A stretch of 64,000 nt of DNA from an uncultured Veillonellaceae bacterium (lineage in GTDB: Bacteria; Bacillota; Negativicutes; JARBTT01). The translations under genes and the position numbers were made by a program. The stretch lies in contig CAWDTA010000004.1 of assembly GCA_963805085.1 (NCBI GenBank), forward strand, positions 384,001 to 448,000, read 5' to 3'. Under the pieces are notes generated by a model. That model saw only the letters and a list, made by a program, of their open reading frames with translations, was not told the origin of the DNA and did not search any database. Shown here piece after piece: positions 50,672-60,298 of the stretch. Each line of letters starts with the position of its first letter. Within the stretch, counting starts at the first letter, position 1.

Positions 50672-51811
50672 ATGAAAGGAGTGGTTCATGTGTTGGAAGA
50701 TGGCAAAATCAGCAATAAACAATTGATCCTAATTGTATTTATCTTTAGAGAAGTCGTAAATTTAACTTATTTCCCGTTTCTAACAGCACCACCGGAAAAC
50801 CAAGATATATGGATTTCCATATTGCTGAGCTTGCCCGTTCAGTTAGCATTAACCGCTCCTGTTTATTATTTATGGACAAAATTTCCTAATAAGACCATCA
50901 TTCAATATAGTCAACTAATTGTCGGGAAGGCTGGTAAATTAATAGGATTTATGTATATATTGTTTTTTATTCAGTTAACTGCCTTACTTATGGTTCAATT
51001 TAGCTACTTTTTTCTCATAGCAATTATGCCAGAAACCCCGATCGCTTTTTTTCTAATTTCATTTATGCTTGTTTGTGCTTATGCTGTACGAAATGGTCTT
51101 GAAGTAATAACTCGTTTAACGGAAATATTCGTACCAATTACTATAATTGCAGTAATCATTATTCTCATATTTATGTTTAAAACTATGGACTTTAAAGCGT
51201 TATTACCAATTATGGAGAATGGCTTTACCCCTGTATTTTATGGCGGTTTAATCACAGCAAGCCGCTTTGTAGAAATTATGTATTTTGCAATGTTATTACC
51301 ATTTTTAAACAATTCTCGAAAAATAAAATCTACAATTTTATTCACTTATTTACTGATTGATATTAATGCTTTACTTATTGCAATTCCAATCATAACAATT
51401 TTTGGTACAGCAGATGCCAAGATTCATTTATTTCCTTTTTTCGATGCAATTAGATTGGTAAATATCGGCGATTTTTGGGAACACATCGAAGTTATCCATC
51501 TGGCAGTTTGGCTGTGTGGAATCGTTGTTCAAGTATCTACGCTTTATTATTTAGCAGCTTTAGGAATTGGTCAATTATTCAATTTAAAAGATTATAAACC
51601 TTTGGTTTTACCACTAGGCACTATTATTATTTCTATAGCTATCTTGATAGCGCCAAACGTTGTTGAACAATTTAGATTTTTAAATTATAAAATATTTATT
51701 TGGTATAGTTTGTTTTTTATTTTAGTGATCCCACTCATCCTTTTAATCCTATCGCTCATTCGTAGAAAAGGAGAAAAACGCCCATGGGCAAACAAAAAAC
51801 CTTTAGTATAA
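50672..51811 (+). CDS. spore germination receptor subunit B (GerKB/GerAB family)
   Basis: GKISNKQL, QDIWIS, MPETP, GLEVITR, LLPIMENG; multi-TM. Confidence 0.9.
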   Translation: MKGVVHVLEDGKISNKQLILIVFIFREVVNLTYFPFLTAPPENQDIWISILLSLPVQLALTAPVYYLWTKFPNKTIIQYSQLIVGKAGKLIGFMYILFFIQLTALLMVQFSYFFLIAIMPETPIAFFLISFMLVCAYAVRNGLEVITRLTEIFVPITIIAVIIILIFMFKTMDFKALLPIMENGFTPVFYGGLITASRFVEIMYFAMLLPFLNNSRKIKSTILFTYLLIDINALLIAIPIITIFGTADAKIHLFPFFDAIRLVNIGDFWEHIEVIHLAVWLCGIVVQVSTLYYLAALGIGQLFNLKDYKPLVLPLGTIIISIAILIAPNVVEQFRFLNYKIFIWYSLFFILVIPLILLILSLIRRKGEKRPWANKKPLV

Positions 51812-52953
51812 TTTTGTTGATAGCATTATCTCTTTTATTGAGTGGTTGCTGGAATCGCAGGGAATTGAGTAATCTAAGTATTATGCAAGCAATTGGTATT
51901 GACAAAACAGAAGACGGACAAATTAGCATTACTGTCCAAATTCTCAAGCCTGGTTCCATTAAAAGTAAAAATTCTGAAGATGATAAGGCAACAACGACAC
52001 TTACAGTTACCGGAAAAACTATTCAAGAAGCATTCCGCAATGCAACAACAGAAGCAGACAGAAAACTATACGGAGCTCATGTGAAAGTTGTTGTGATTGG
52101 CGAAGAAACTGCCAAAATGGGCATTGCACCACTACTTGATTTATTCAATCGTGATCATGAAGATCGAAGAACTCGGTTCATGTTCATTGCGCACGGCAAG
52201 GCAAAAGATGTCCTAGAAACAGAAAATCCCCAAGAAAAAATCCCTGCAAAAGCAATTGAAAGCTTAGCGAAAGCAACCACGTCTACTTCACAAATACCGA
52301 AAGTCATTCTAAATGACGTTTTAAAAACCATTGCCAGCAAAACGAGTGCTCCCTTTATTCCGGGTATTGAGGTTATAGAAGAAAAAAAAGCTGAAAAATC
52401 AAAGAAAAAGCTAAAACTTGAAGGTACTGCAGTTTTCAAAGAAGATAAATTAATTGGCTGGTTAGATAAAAAAGAAACGCGTGGTTTGCTTTGGATATTA
52501 GGTCAAGTGAAAAGCGGCATCCTTATTGTTAACTCACCTAGTGATGAAGATAAATATGTAAGTTTAGAAATCATTAGGGCTTCAAGTAAGGTTAAACCGA
52601 AGTTTATGGATGACAGATTCATCATGAATGTTAAAGTTACCGAAACTGGAAATTTTTCAGAGCAATTTTCAGGCGCACGCTTAACGACGCCTGAAACTTT
52701 CAAACAACTCGAAGAAAAACAAAAAGCTGCTATTCATGAGGAAATCAATGCTGTTATTTATAAAGCACAAAAAGAATTAGGCGTTGATATCTTTAAATTT
52801 GGTGAAGCTGTTCATCGGGAATATCCACAGGAATGGAAAGAACTTAAAACGAGATGGGCTGAAGAATTTACTAATCTAGACATTAATGTAGACATTGATG
52901 CCAGTCTTCGTAATGTTGGCATGATTATGTCGACAGAAGAAGCAGCTGAATAA
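51784..52953 (+). CDS. spore germination receptor subunit C lipoprotein (GerKC family)
   Basis: Lipobox LSGC-WNRREL, AIGID, GTAVFKEDKLIGWL, DIFKFG. Confidence 0.93.
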   Translation: MGKQKTFSIILLIALSLLLSGCWNRRELSNLSIMQAIGIDKTEDGQISITVQILKPGSIKSKNSEDDKATTTLTVTGKTIQEAFRNATTEADRKLYGAHVKVVVIGEETAKMGIAPLLDLFNRDHEDRRTRFMFIAHGKAKDVLETENPQEKIPAKAIESLAKATTSTSQIPKVILNDVLKTIASKTSAPFIPGIEVIEEKKAEKSKKKLKLEGTAVFKEDKLIGWLDKKETRGLLWILGQVKSGILIVNSPSDEDKYVSLEIIRASSKVKPKFMDDRFIMNVKVTETGNFSEQFSGARLTTPETFKQLEEKQKAAIHEEINAVIYKAQKELGVDIFKFGEAVHREYPQEWKELKTRWAEEFTNLDINVDIDASLRNVGMIMSTEEAAE

Positions 52954-52970
52954 AGGAGTGAAAATAGACA

Positions 52971-53188
52971 ATGAAAATACTTATGGTAATTGGTGCTTTT
53001 ATTTTTATTGGATGGTTAGAAATACCCCAATTATTAAAAAAAAACATTGGAATGAACTTGCAACCTTTTTAGTATTACTATTCATCGGTTTTACGTTAAA
53101 TTTTCTTTATATTATTGATATAAAATTACCAAATCCTAATAAAGGCATAGAATATTTGATCCACTTCGTGCAATCAACACAAAAATAA
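52971..53188 (+). pseudogene. germination receptor D-subunit-like small membrane protein, frameshifted at an A9 run (53036-53044)
   Basis: ATG 52971 gives MKILMVIGAFIFIGWLEIPQLLKK. One extra A would continue into KHWNELATFLVLLFIGFTLNFLYIIDIKLPNPNKGIE..., a two-TM protein. Confidence 0.65.
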
Positions 53189-53252
53189 ATTCTTGTTTTT
53201 GATGCTTGCACTCCTGAAAACAAAATAAACGCTTTACTTACCTGCTGGCAAA

Positions 53253-53281
53253 AAAGGAAATTTCCATCCTTTGGAGAATCA
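53253..53281 (+). promoter_or_regulatory. sigma-H-like promoter for the PocR kinase
   Basis: AAAGGAAAT-N11-GGAGAATCA matches RNAGGAWWW-N11/12-RNNGAAT. Confidence 0.55.
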
Positions 53282-53356
53282 TTAAATTGAATATTTATTT
53301 TTCTGATAAAACGGAAGATTGATTTGGCTACGAGTGATGCGTATGGAGGATGTTGA

Positions 53357-54802
53357 ATGGATCAAGAAAACCAAGTGAAAGCAACAACAAAAACTGATTT
53401 GAAATTAAATAATATACGACTGGCAGACGTTATAGACACTAAATTTCTACAGCATTTTCAAGATGATTTTGCTAAAGGTATGGGTGTTGCCAGTATTACT
53501 GTTGATCTTGAAGGAAAGCCCGTTACAAAGCCAAGTAATTATACAAGATTTTGTATGGATTATACCCATTCCACAGAGTGTGGAGACAAACGTTGCGCAG
53601 AATCACATATGCGAGGCGGTGAAAAGGCGGCTCGTCATGGCAAGCCAATTGTGTATGAATGCCATGCTGGACTAATTGATTTTGCCGCTCCTATCATATT
53701 AGAAGGGCAACACATCGGCACAATATTAGGCGGTCAAATCCTCACGAATATTCCTAATGAAGGAAAATGGCGTAAAATTGCCAAGGAAATTGGTGTTAAC
53801 GAAGCAGGCTACCTTGAAGCAATAAAAGAAATACGTCAATTATCAAAAGAGCGTGTGGAAGCAGCAGCAAATGTACTTTACATCGTTGCTAATAATATGT
53901 CGAAAACCAAATATCATCAGCAGAAATTAACCGAAAAATCCAATTTACTTAGTAATAGTCTTGATAAAATATCACTGGCAATGCAGGAAGTAGCTGCTTC
54001 CTCCAAGCGAGTAAGTGCCGAACAAATAAATCCAGTTAAAGTGCTCAGTACTGTTGATGCCATAACAAACAAAATGAATGAAGTGATTAATTCAACGAAG
54101 GAAATCGCCGCGATGCTGGCTAAGCAAAAATTAGAAATGGCTCGTTTAGATAGGCTAAACTTAGTCGGAGAAATGGCAGCTAGTCTTGGTCATGAAGTTA
54201 GAAATCCCCTTACTACGGTTAGAGGCTTCTTACAGCTTTTCTACAAAAAGGATGAATTTAAAAAATATACTTCCAGCTTAGATATTATGATTGAAGAGCT
54301 AGATCGTGCCAATGAAATCATTACGGAATTCTTATCCTTGGCAAGAGATCGTAAATTAGATTTAAAAACATTGGATTTAAATCTAATAATAAAGAGAATA
54401 GTGCCTCTATTTCAAGCCGCTGGAATCCTTAAAAGCGTACAGATTAAGCTTGAACTTGAAACGATTCACCTTCTATTATTAGACGAAAAAGAAATTAGAC
54501 AATTAATCTTAAATTTAGTGATCAATGCAATTGAAGCAACTAGTAAAGATGGCATTGTAACAATAAAAACATTGCAAGAGGACGGTAGAATTAGTTTGAT
54601 AATCAGTGATAACGGCTGCGGCATTTCTCCAGCTATTATCAATAAGCTTGGAACCCCTTTTTTATCAACAAAAGCACAAGGAACCGGACTAGGGTTAGCA
54701 ATCTGCTACAATATCGCCGATCGCCATTCTGCAACCATAACCATTACAAGTAATGAAGGTATCGGAACTACTGTAGCCGTTGCATTTAATAATTCTATCT
54801 AG
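53357..54802 (+). CDS. soluble sensor histidine kinase with PocR domain
   Basis: PocR (FQDDFAK, YTRFC, RCAES, YECHAGLIDFAAPI, LGGQ); H-box GHEVRNPLT; N, G1 and G2 boxes (NLVINAIEA, DNGCG, GTGLGL); no TM. Confidence 0.92.
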   Translation: MDQENQVKATTKTDLKLNNIRLADVIDTKFLQHFQDDFAKGMGVASITVDLEGKPVTKPSNYTRFCMDYTHSTECGDKRCAESHMRGGEKAARHGKPIVYECHAGLIDFAAPIILEGQHIGTILGGQILTNIPNEGKWRKIAKEIGVNEAGYLEAIKEIRQLSKERVEAAANVLYIVANNMSKTKYHQQKLTEKSNLLSNSLDKISLAMQEVAASSKRVSAEQINPVKVLSTVDAITNKMNEVINSTKEIAAMLAKQKLEMARLDRLNLVGEMAASLGHEVRNPLTTVRGFLQLFYKKDEFKKYTSSLDIMIEELDRANEIITEFLSLARDRKLDLKTLDLNLIIKRIVPLFQAAGILKSVQIKLELETIHLLLLDEKEIRQLILNLVINAIEATSKDGIVTIKTLQEDGRISLIISDNGCGISPAIINKLGTPFLSTKAQGTGLGLAICYNIADRHSATITITSNEGIGTTVAVAFNNSI

Positions 54803-54827
54803 AATACTTATACAATATAAGCAATTA

Positions 54828-54893
54828 AATAAAAAAATAGTAGATATGTTAAGCTAAAAAGCGTTCCGCCTAACATATCTACTATTTTTTATT
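54828..54893. terminator. bidirectional terminator
   Basis: AATAAAAAAATAGTAGATATGTTA / TAACATATCTACTATTTTTTATT. Confidence 0.85.
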
Positions 54894-54928
54894 TTTCAAT
54901 AATAATATAAATATAAAAATTACTGAAG

Positions 54929-55312
54929 TTAGTTTGCCTTCACCAAGCCGTTCTGCTCCAACACCAGATCAACGACAGGTAGCAATTTATCCTCGGAAAG
55001 TGGCTTTAACACATAATTTTTGGCCCCATTACTCAAGGCTTCAAAGACGATAGATTTTTGACCTAACGCACTTACAACGATAATATTCGCTTGTTGATCA
55101 GATTCTAAAATACACTTCATGGCTTCAATTCCACTTAAACCAGGCATGGTGATATCCATGGTTACTATGTCAGGCTGACATTTAGGGTAATTTTCAATCG
55201 CTTGTTGTCCATTTATCGCTTCCCCAACTACCTCATGACCCGCTTTTTCAAGCATTTTGCGTAAAGTTACCCTCATAATCAAGGCATCATCAACAATCAT
55301 AATTCGTGCCAT
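54929..55312 (-). CDS. cheY: single-domain response regulator, CheY-like
   Basis: IVDDALIMR, PDIVTMDITMP, VSALGQ, GAKNYVLKP, closely following the Firmicute CheY pattern. Confidence 0.8.
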   Translation of the reverse strand: MARIMIVDDALIMRVTLRKMLEKAGHEVVGEAINGQQAIENYPKCQPDIVTMDITMPGLSGIEAMKCILESDQQANIIVVSALGQKSIVFEALSNGAKNYVLKPLSEDKLLPVVDLVLEQNGLVKAN

Positions 55313-55354
55313 TTTACTCTTCCTTTCTTTATTCTTAATATTTTTTAATCATTG

Positions 55355-58300
55355 CTAAAACACCAAACTTAAAGTAATTTTCCCTAGATCGGTATCAAGT
55401 ATCCAAGTCGGTGTTTCCAATTGTGGATACTTAGCTGAAGCATCTTCTGCCAGAATACTAACTAATGTTTCGGCCGTTACAGCCCCACTCCATCCATGCA
55501 GTTCTTTTACTGCATCTTCAAAGATCTTTTTAGCATAATGAGATAACATATTTTCCAGCCTTCTATCAATGGATGCTTCTGTTACTTCTATAGAATCTCC
55601 GGTAAAATATTCAGCCGCCAAATGTTCTACAACTGCCTGATCAGCGCTTAACACCATTCTGGAATTTCCTAGTCCTTTTATACCAAGGAAAGTTGTAACC
55701 TTACGTAGTTTTAGTTTTCCGCCCACCGCAGCTTCTAGATAAGTACAATTATTTAACTGCAACCCAGCATTTTTCTTAAAAAGAACTTCTGTCGCACGTA
55801 CTAATGGATTTCCAAGTTGTCGTATCGAATAAGGCTGCTGCTCTTCAACTTGTGTAAATGGTAAGAAAAATTCAAACTGTGTACCTTCACCCAAAATAGT
55901 ATTTACACGAACTGAGCCATTAAGTTTTTCTAGTTCAGTGCGCACAGCAGAAAGTCCAACACCACGGCCTGCTAGCGTATCGACATCTTTTGCCCCTGAA
56001 AAACCATCCGCAAAAATTAGCTTTATAATTTCTTCTGGTTGCATACCATTTACCAACTTTGCAGTGCATATTCTTTTTTTTATGGCAATATCACGAATAT
56101 TGCTTACGTTCATCCCACGTCCATCATCAGTAATAACAATTGTTATTCCTAATGGATTTTCTCTAACCGTACAAGTAATCTTACCGCTTTCATCCTTACC
56201 ATTTTCTACTCTTTCTGCAAATGACTCCACCCCATGAACAATTGAATTGCGAAAAACATGTCCTAATGATTTTATAAAATCATTATATTTCAAAGGATCG
56301 ACCAGCGTCTCTCCTCCCTCAATCTCAAAAGAATGGATAGACTTTTCGTTTCGTTCAGCTAAAGAAACTACATAGTCAGGATATGACTGCAATAAATTTT
56401 TGATCGGCTGATACCGCAAGCGACGTAACTCTGGCAATAGCAAGTTACTCTCGCCATAAGGTAACATCCGTTGAACTTTTTCTTCAATTTCTAACAATCG
56501 ATCATTGTCAATTACCAGCATATTTTCCTGCTGAAAAAAACTATCACCAAGCTTATCTTTCAATAATTCCAAGTCTTCATCAAGCCAACTAAGCATATTT
56601 TCCGGTGTAATATCACTAAGCTTTTCTAACAACTGCTGACGATCTAATCGCACAATTTCATTGGAACGAATCGTAGCAAGCTTTTCCTCCAAATCATGCA
56701 ATTTAGCCATAACATTTCCCATATGTAATTGACCAAACGTGCCTTTAAAAGTATGTATGGTTCGAAACAAACTTGCCAATAGATCTCCTGCTGTTTTTTT
56801 CTCATTTAACAAACATGCCATTCCTTCTTGACAAAAGCTTGTATATTGACTAACAGTTGCAAAAAAATCAGCTGAATGTGTCACTACATACACAATCATT
56901 GCAAGAATATCTCGCTCAATTTGGACACGATCTTCCATAGCCTTTCGCATCGTCTGGTCAGTAAGAATCAGCATAATTTTTTGTTGCTTCCGATCATTGG
57001 TATTCTCAATCAATTTATATGCCACACCAACATAACTGCTGCCTAGCACAACTTCTTCTGGCAAAAGAGAAAAATATGTTTCCCGCAAGAACTCTTTTTC
57101 TTCACACAAAATTTTTTTAAATACAGCTTCTAGAAATACTTGTTGATCACGATCTTCTGGATAAATTAGAGCTGGAACAGCTGTTCCAACAATTTCACGG
57201 CGAAAAATTGTCCCACACTCCGCACTATACTCCCCACTAACAATTAGGTCTTCACCAAACGAGAGAAACCCCTGTCCTGCATGATCAAGAAGATTTCTCA
57301 AGGACGCTGTTCGTTCAGCTACCTTTTGCTCTAGCTCTTGATTCCAGATTTCAAGTTTTTCCTGGGAGGACTGCACTTCTTGATACATCTCCTGCAATGA
57401 ATCCAAGGTATTGTTAATGGCATGCGTCAAAGCCCCCATCTCATCTTGTGAATAAATCTTGCCACGAAGGTTTAAATCCCCTTTTCCCGTGCCAGCCATT
57501 ACGTTAGCCAATTGATATACCGCTTTGCGTACCGACATATCAAAACCTACGAACAGATAACAAACCAGTAGCAAAATACCACCCGTAAACCAAACTACTA
57601 TATTTCGATATTTCGAATATTGATCAATTCTCATAACAAGCAATTGGTCAATGACATTCAGTTCTTCCTTATCTAACGCCTCGACATTTTCGATGGCTTG
57701 ATTCCCCGTAGTCGTCAACAATTGTTTGGGAATAGGTAACCCCTGCTGCCCCACCGTTTTTTGCTCAATATTCCAAGCGAAGATTGGCACAGAGTCTGCG
57801 AGTGTAGTATGTAATGTTTTCAATTTTGCCTTTATATTTTCATTGTGACGAAATACCAGTTGTACATTATGCTCAACCTGCTCCAAGCTAGAGTGTACCA
57901 AACCAATTACCTGTAACATCTGATTTCTACTATCTGACGGAAGATTGTCATCATATAACTGAATCGATAAACTCTGTGCTGTACTCAGGCTATACATCAA
58001 TCCAGGCAATTTTCGCAGTACAGAATCGACAAGATAGGATGTATCAAAATCAGAATCCATAGCCAAATTTGACTGATATCCTACATGCTGCATAAAATCC
58101 GTTACTTCATTAAGCCATCGGCTATCTAAGTCAAAAGCAACTTGCGCATGCCCAGTATCAGACTGCATTGCCGCTTGCTTACGAGCAAGCCAATCTTGCC
58201 GTAACATCTGTAATTTCCAAGTTGTATCCATTTGACTAGCTACCTGCTTGTCGATGGCATCCACCACCGCCAAAGCGTCATCCACTTTAGCTTGTTGAGC

Positions 58301-58576
58301 AAGCACTTCTCCCTGTAAAACACCATTTCCATGCAAAAAATCATAATGGACATTACGATATACGTGTGCCTCATTGAATAAATTGGTCAGTGCTTTGATA
58401 TATTGAACACCAACTCGCTCACTTCTTGCAAAATCGATATTCTTATTCAATTCCGATACCAGCATATAAATTAATACAGACGCCTGCAACACAATCAATA
58501 AACCAATAACACCAAATTTATAGACATATTTCAAACGATTCATTATTTGAACTGCTGGTTCAAACAAATATCTCAT
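55355..58576 (-). CDS. membrane-anchored CheA-like histidine kinase (TM-helical sensor-TM-HAMP-PAS-like-Hpt-HATPase-CheX-like)
   Basis: Two TM segments; HAMP (DEMGALTHAIN); Hpt LFRTIHTFKG; CheA-type HVFRNSIVHG, DDGRG, IFADGFS, GRGVGL; no CheW domain. Confidence 0.85.
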   Translation of the reverse strand: MRYLFEPAVQIMNRLKYVYKFGVIGLLIVLQASVLIYMLVSELNKNIDFARSERVGVQYIKALTNLFNEAHVYRNVHYDFLHGNGVLQGEVLAQQAKVDDALAVVDAIDKQVASQMDTTWKLQMLRQDWLARKQAAMQSDTGHAQVAFDLDSRWLNEVTDFMQHVGYQSNLAMDSDFDTSYLVDSVLRKLPGLMYSLSTAQSLSIQLYDDNLPSDSRNQMLQVIGLVHSSLEQVEHNVQLVFRHNENIKAKLKTLHTTLADSVPIFAWNIEQKTVGQQGLPIPKQLLTTTGNQAIENVEALDKEELNVIDQLLVMRIDQYSKYRNIVVWFTGGILLLVCYLFVGFDMSVRKAVYQLANVMAGTGKGDLNLRGKIYSQDEMGALTHAINNTLDSLQEMYQEVQSSQEKLEIWNQELEQKVAERTASLRNLLDHAGQGFLSFGEDLIVSGEYSAECGTIFRREIVGTAVPALIYPEDRDQQVFLEAVFKKILCEEKEFLRETYFSLLPEEVVLGSSYVGVAYKLIENTNDRKQQKIMLILTDQTMRKAMEDRVQIERDILAMIVYVVTHSADFFATVSQYTSFCQEGMACLLNEKKTAGDLLASLFRTIHTFKGTFGQLHMGNVMAKLHDLEEKLATIRSNEIVRLDRQQLLEKLSDITPENMLSWLDEDLELLKDKLGDSFFQQENMLVIDNDRLLEIEEKVQRMLPYGESNLLLPELRRLRYQPIKNLLQSYPDYVVSLAERNEKSIHSFEIEGGETLVDPLKYNDFIKSLGHVFRNSIVHGVESFAERVENGKDESGKITCTVRENPLGITIVITDDGRGMNVSNIRDIAIKKRICTAKLVNGMQPEEIIKLIFADGFSGAKDVDTLAGRGVGLSAVRTELEKLNGSVRVNTILGEGTQFEFFLPFTQVEEQQPYSIRQLGNPLVRATEVLFKKNAGLQLNNCTYLEAAVGGKLKLRKVTTFLGIKGLGNSRMVLSADQAVVEHLAAEYFTGDSIEVTEASIDRRLENMLSHYAKKIFEDAVKELHGWSGAVTAETLVSILAEDASAKYPQLETPTWILDTDLGKITLSLVF

Positions 58577-58630
58577 AAACTGCCCCCTATCTTAAATTCA
58601 ATACAACAGTTAAAATCTCTTAGACTACAT

Positions 58631-58691
58631 ATTATATAGTCTAAAAGATTTATGTAAAAAGTAGGTGAACTTTTAGTTAAATTTTTGTTAA
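58631..58691 (-). promoter_or_regulatory. four Pho-box-like direct repeats and promoter of the kinase-cheY operon
   Basis: TTAACA-N5-TTAACT-N5-TTCACC-N5-TTTACA-16bp-TATAAT. Confidence 0.65.
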
Positions 58692-58870
58692 ATTTTAAAA
58701 GGTTTAACAATTTCACAGTTTCAATCTTCTATTGTATTTCATATTTCCACTTTAGCATTAAACAAAAAACTGACCTCCCCTCGCCATTTGCAGAGGTAAG
58801 ATCAGTTCTCGTATCAAAAATATTTTAGAGATATACCATACTATTTGATTGCTATCTATTACATATTTTT

Positions 58871-60178
58871 TTAATCCAAGGTAGCATCTTTTGTTTCCGT
58901 CACAAAGAAGAACACATTAACTGCAGCCGCCAAATACATAAATGCCAATATAATAAGTGCACCATTCAATGTATACTTGGTTGCCAACAAGCCAATAATA
59001 ACTGGCGCAAAACCGCCGACAGCACGACCAGAATTAAAAATAAAATTTTGCGCGGTTGATCTAGCATCCGTGGTGTAATGCTCTGATAGCAATGCACCAT
59101 AGCCAGCCATCATTCCATTACAGAAAAATCCCAAGATAGCACCGCCAATTAAAAGAAAAATAGGATCATTTAAATTTGCGTATAACCAGACAGCCGCAGC
59201 TGAGCAAATATAAAAAGTAATATAAGCTGGTTTTCTACCCACTCGGTCAGCAAATTGACCAAAAAGATAAATTCCTAACATCATACCAATTACCGTAACG
59301 ATCATCCAAGTCGTTGTCTTATTCAATGTCAGATTATGCTTTTGCATTAAAATAGTTGGAAGCCAAATCATAATTCCGTAATAACCAAAGTTTTGCACAC
59401 TTGTCATTACAATGAGTGCAAACGTAGTGATCGATTTTCTTTTCCCAGAAAATAGCTGTATCAAGGGGAACTTATTTGCCTTGTTCCAAAATTCTTGTTC
59501 AACCTCAGAAAGGATTTCACCAGCCGCTAACTTTTTATAGATGGTTTCTTTCATTGCCTTGCGATTCACCCATAGATCAGGCTCGGGAATTCCGCGCCTT
59601 GACCAAGCCGCGAATAATGCCGGTAAGACACCGATGACAAAAAGTCCTCTCCAGCCAAAGTGTGGTACTACTAAAGCTGCAATTACAGCTGCTAGCACTA
59701 CACCTAACTGCCAACCAATCGCGACTCCCGCACTTGCGCGTGCTCTTTTCGCAGCTGGCCATGTTTCAGTTACCAGAGTCATCCCAATACCAAATTCCCC
59801 CCCTAGGCCTAAACCGGACAGAAAACGGTATACATTCAATTCCGTAAGAGAAGTAGCGATTGCACATAATCCTGTGAAAATGGAAAAAAGAATAATTGTC
59901 CCAGCAAATACTTTTACACGACCTATGTAGTCCGACATAATACCAAAAATATATCCACCAATAACCGCCCCAATCAAAGTATACGTCGCGACTAATCCCG
60001 CTTCAGCAAAACTCATTCCAAATTCCTTGATAATCTCCGTCATAACAAAAGACAGGATTAACATATCCAAACCATCCATGGCATAGCCTGCTATGGATGC
60101 ATACATGACTTTCCATCGACGTTTCCATGTAGCTTCATCATCACCTGAAAATAAATCTTGTCTAGTTTCTAAATTCAT
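58871..60178 (-). CDS. MFS transporter (MucK/NiaP-like organic acid or vitamin permease)
   Basis: DGLD, SDYIGRVK, RFLSGLGLGGEFG, ETWPA..RARA, ADRVGRK; substrate not assignable. Confidence 0.85.
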   Translation of the reverse strand: MNLETRQDLFSGDDEATWKRRWKVMYASIAGYAMDGLDMLILSFVMTEIIKEFGMSFAEAGLVATYTLIGAVIGGYIFGIMSDYIGRVKVFAGTIILFSIFTGLCAIATSLTELNVYRFLSGLGLGGEFGIGMTLVTETWPAAKRARASAGVAIGWQLGVVLAAVIAALVVPHFGWRGLFVIGVLPALFAAWSRRGIPEPDLWVNRKAMKETIYKKLAAGEILSEVEQEFWNKANKFPLIQLFSGKRKSITTFALIVMTSVQNFGYYGIMIWLPTILMQKHNLTLNKTTTWMIVTVIGMMLGIYLFGQFADRVGRKPAYITFYICSAAAVWLYANLNDPIFLLIGGAILGFFCNGMMAGYGALLSEHYTTDARSTAQNFIFNSGRAVGGFAPVIIGLLATKYTLNGALIILAFMYLAAAVNVFFFVTETKDATLD

Positions 60179-60247
60179 AGTATTCTCCTTCGTCTTATCG
60201 TTTTAATTTTATTTCGACCAGCGATACAAATCATAGTATCTTTTTAA

Positions 60248-60298
60248 GGCAAAAAAAAACACTCTACAGTTTAAATTTCTGTCAAAGCGCCTTTGCCC
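60248..60298 (-). terminator. leader terminator-like hairpin between promoter and MFS gene
   Basis: GCGCTTTGACAG-loop-CTGTAGAGTGT plus T run, just downstream of TATAAT (60309-60304). Confidence 0.55.

Noticed and set aside
52958-53188. 76-aa ORF with GTG start as listed
   Set aside because: The GTG overlaps the RBS itself and the N-terminus is implausible; better explained as a frameshifted gene from ATG 52971
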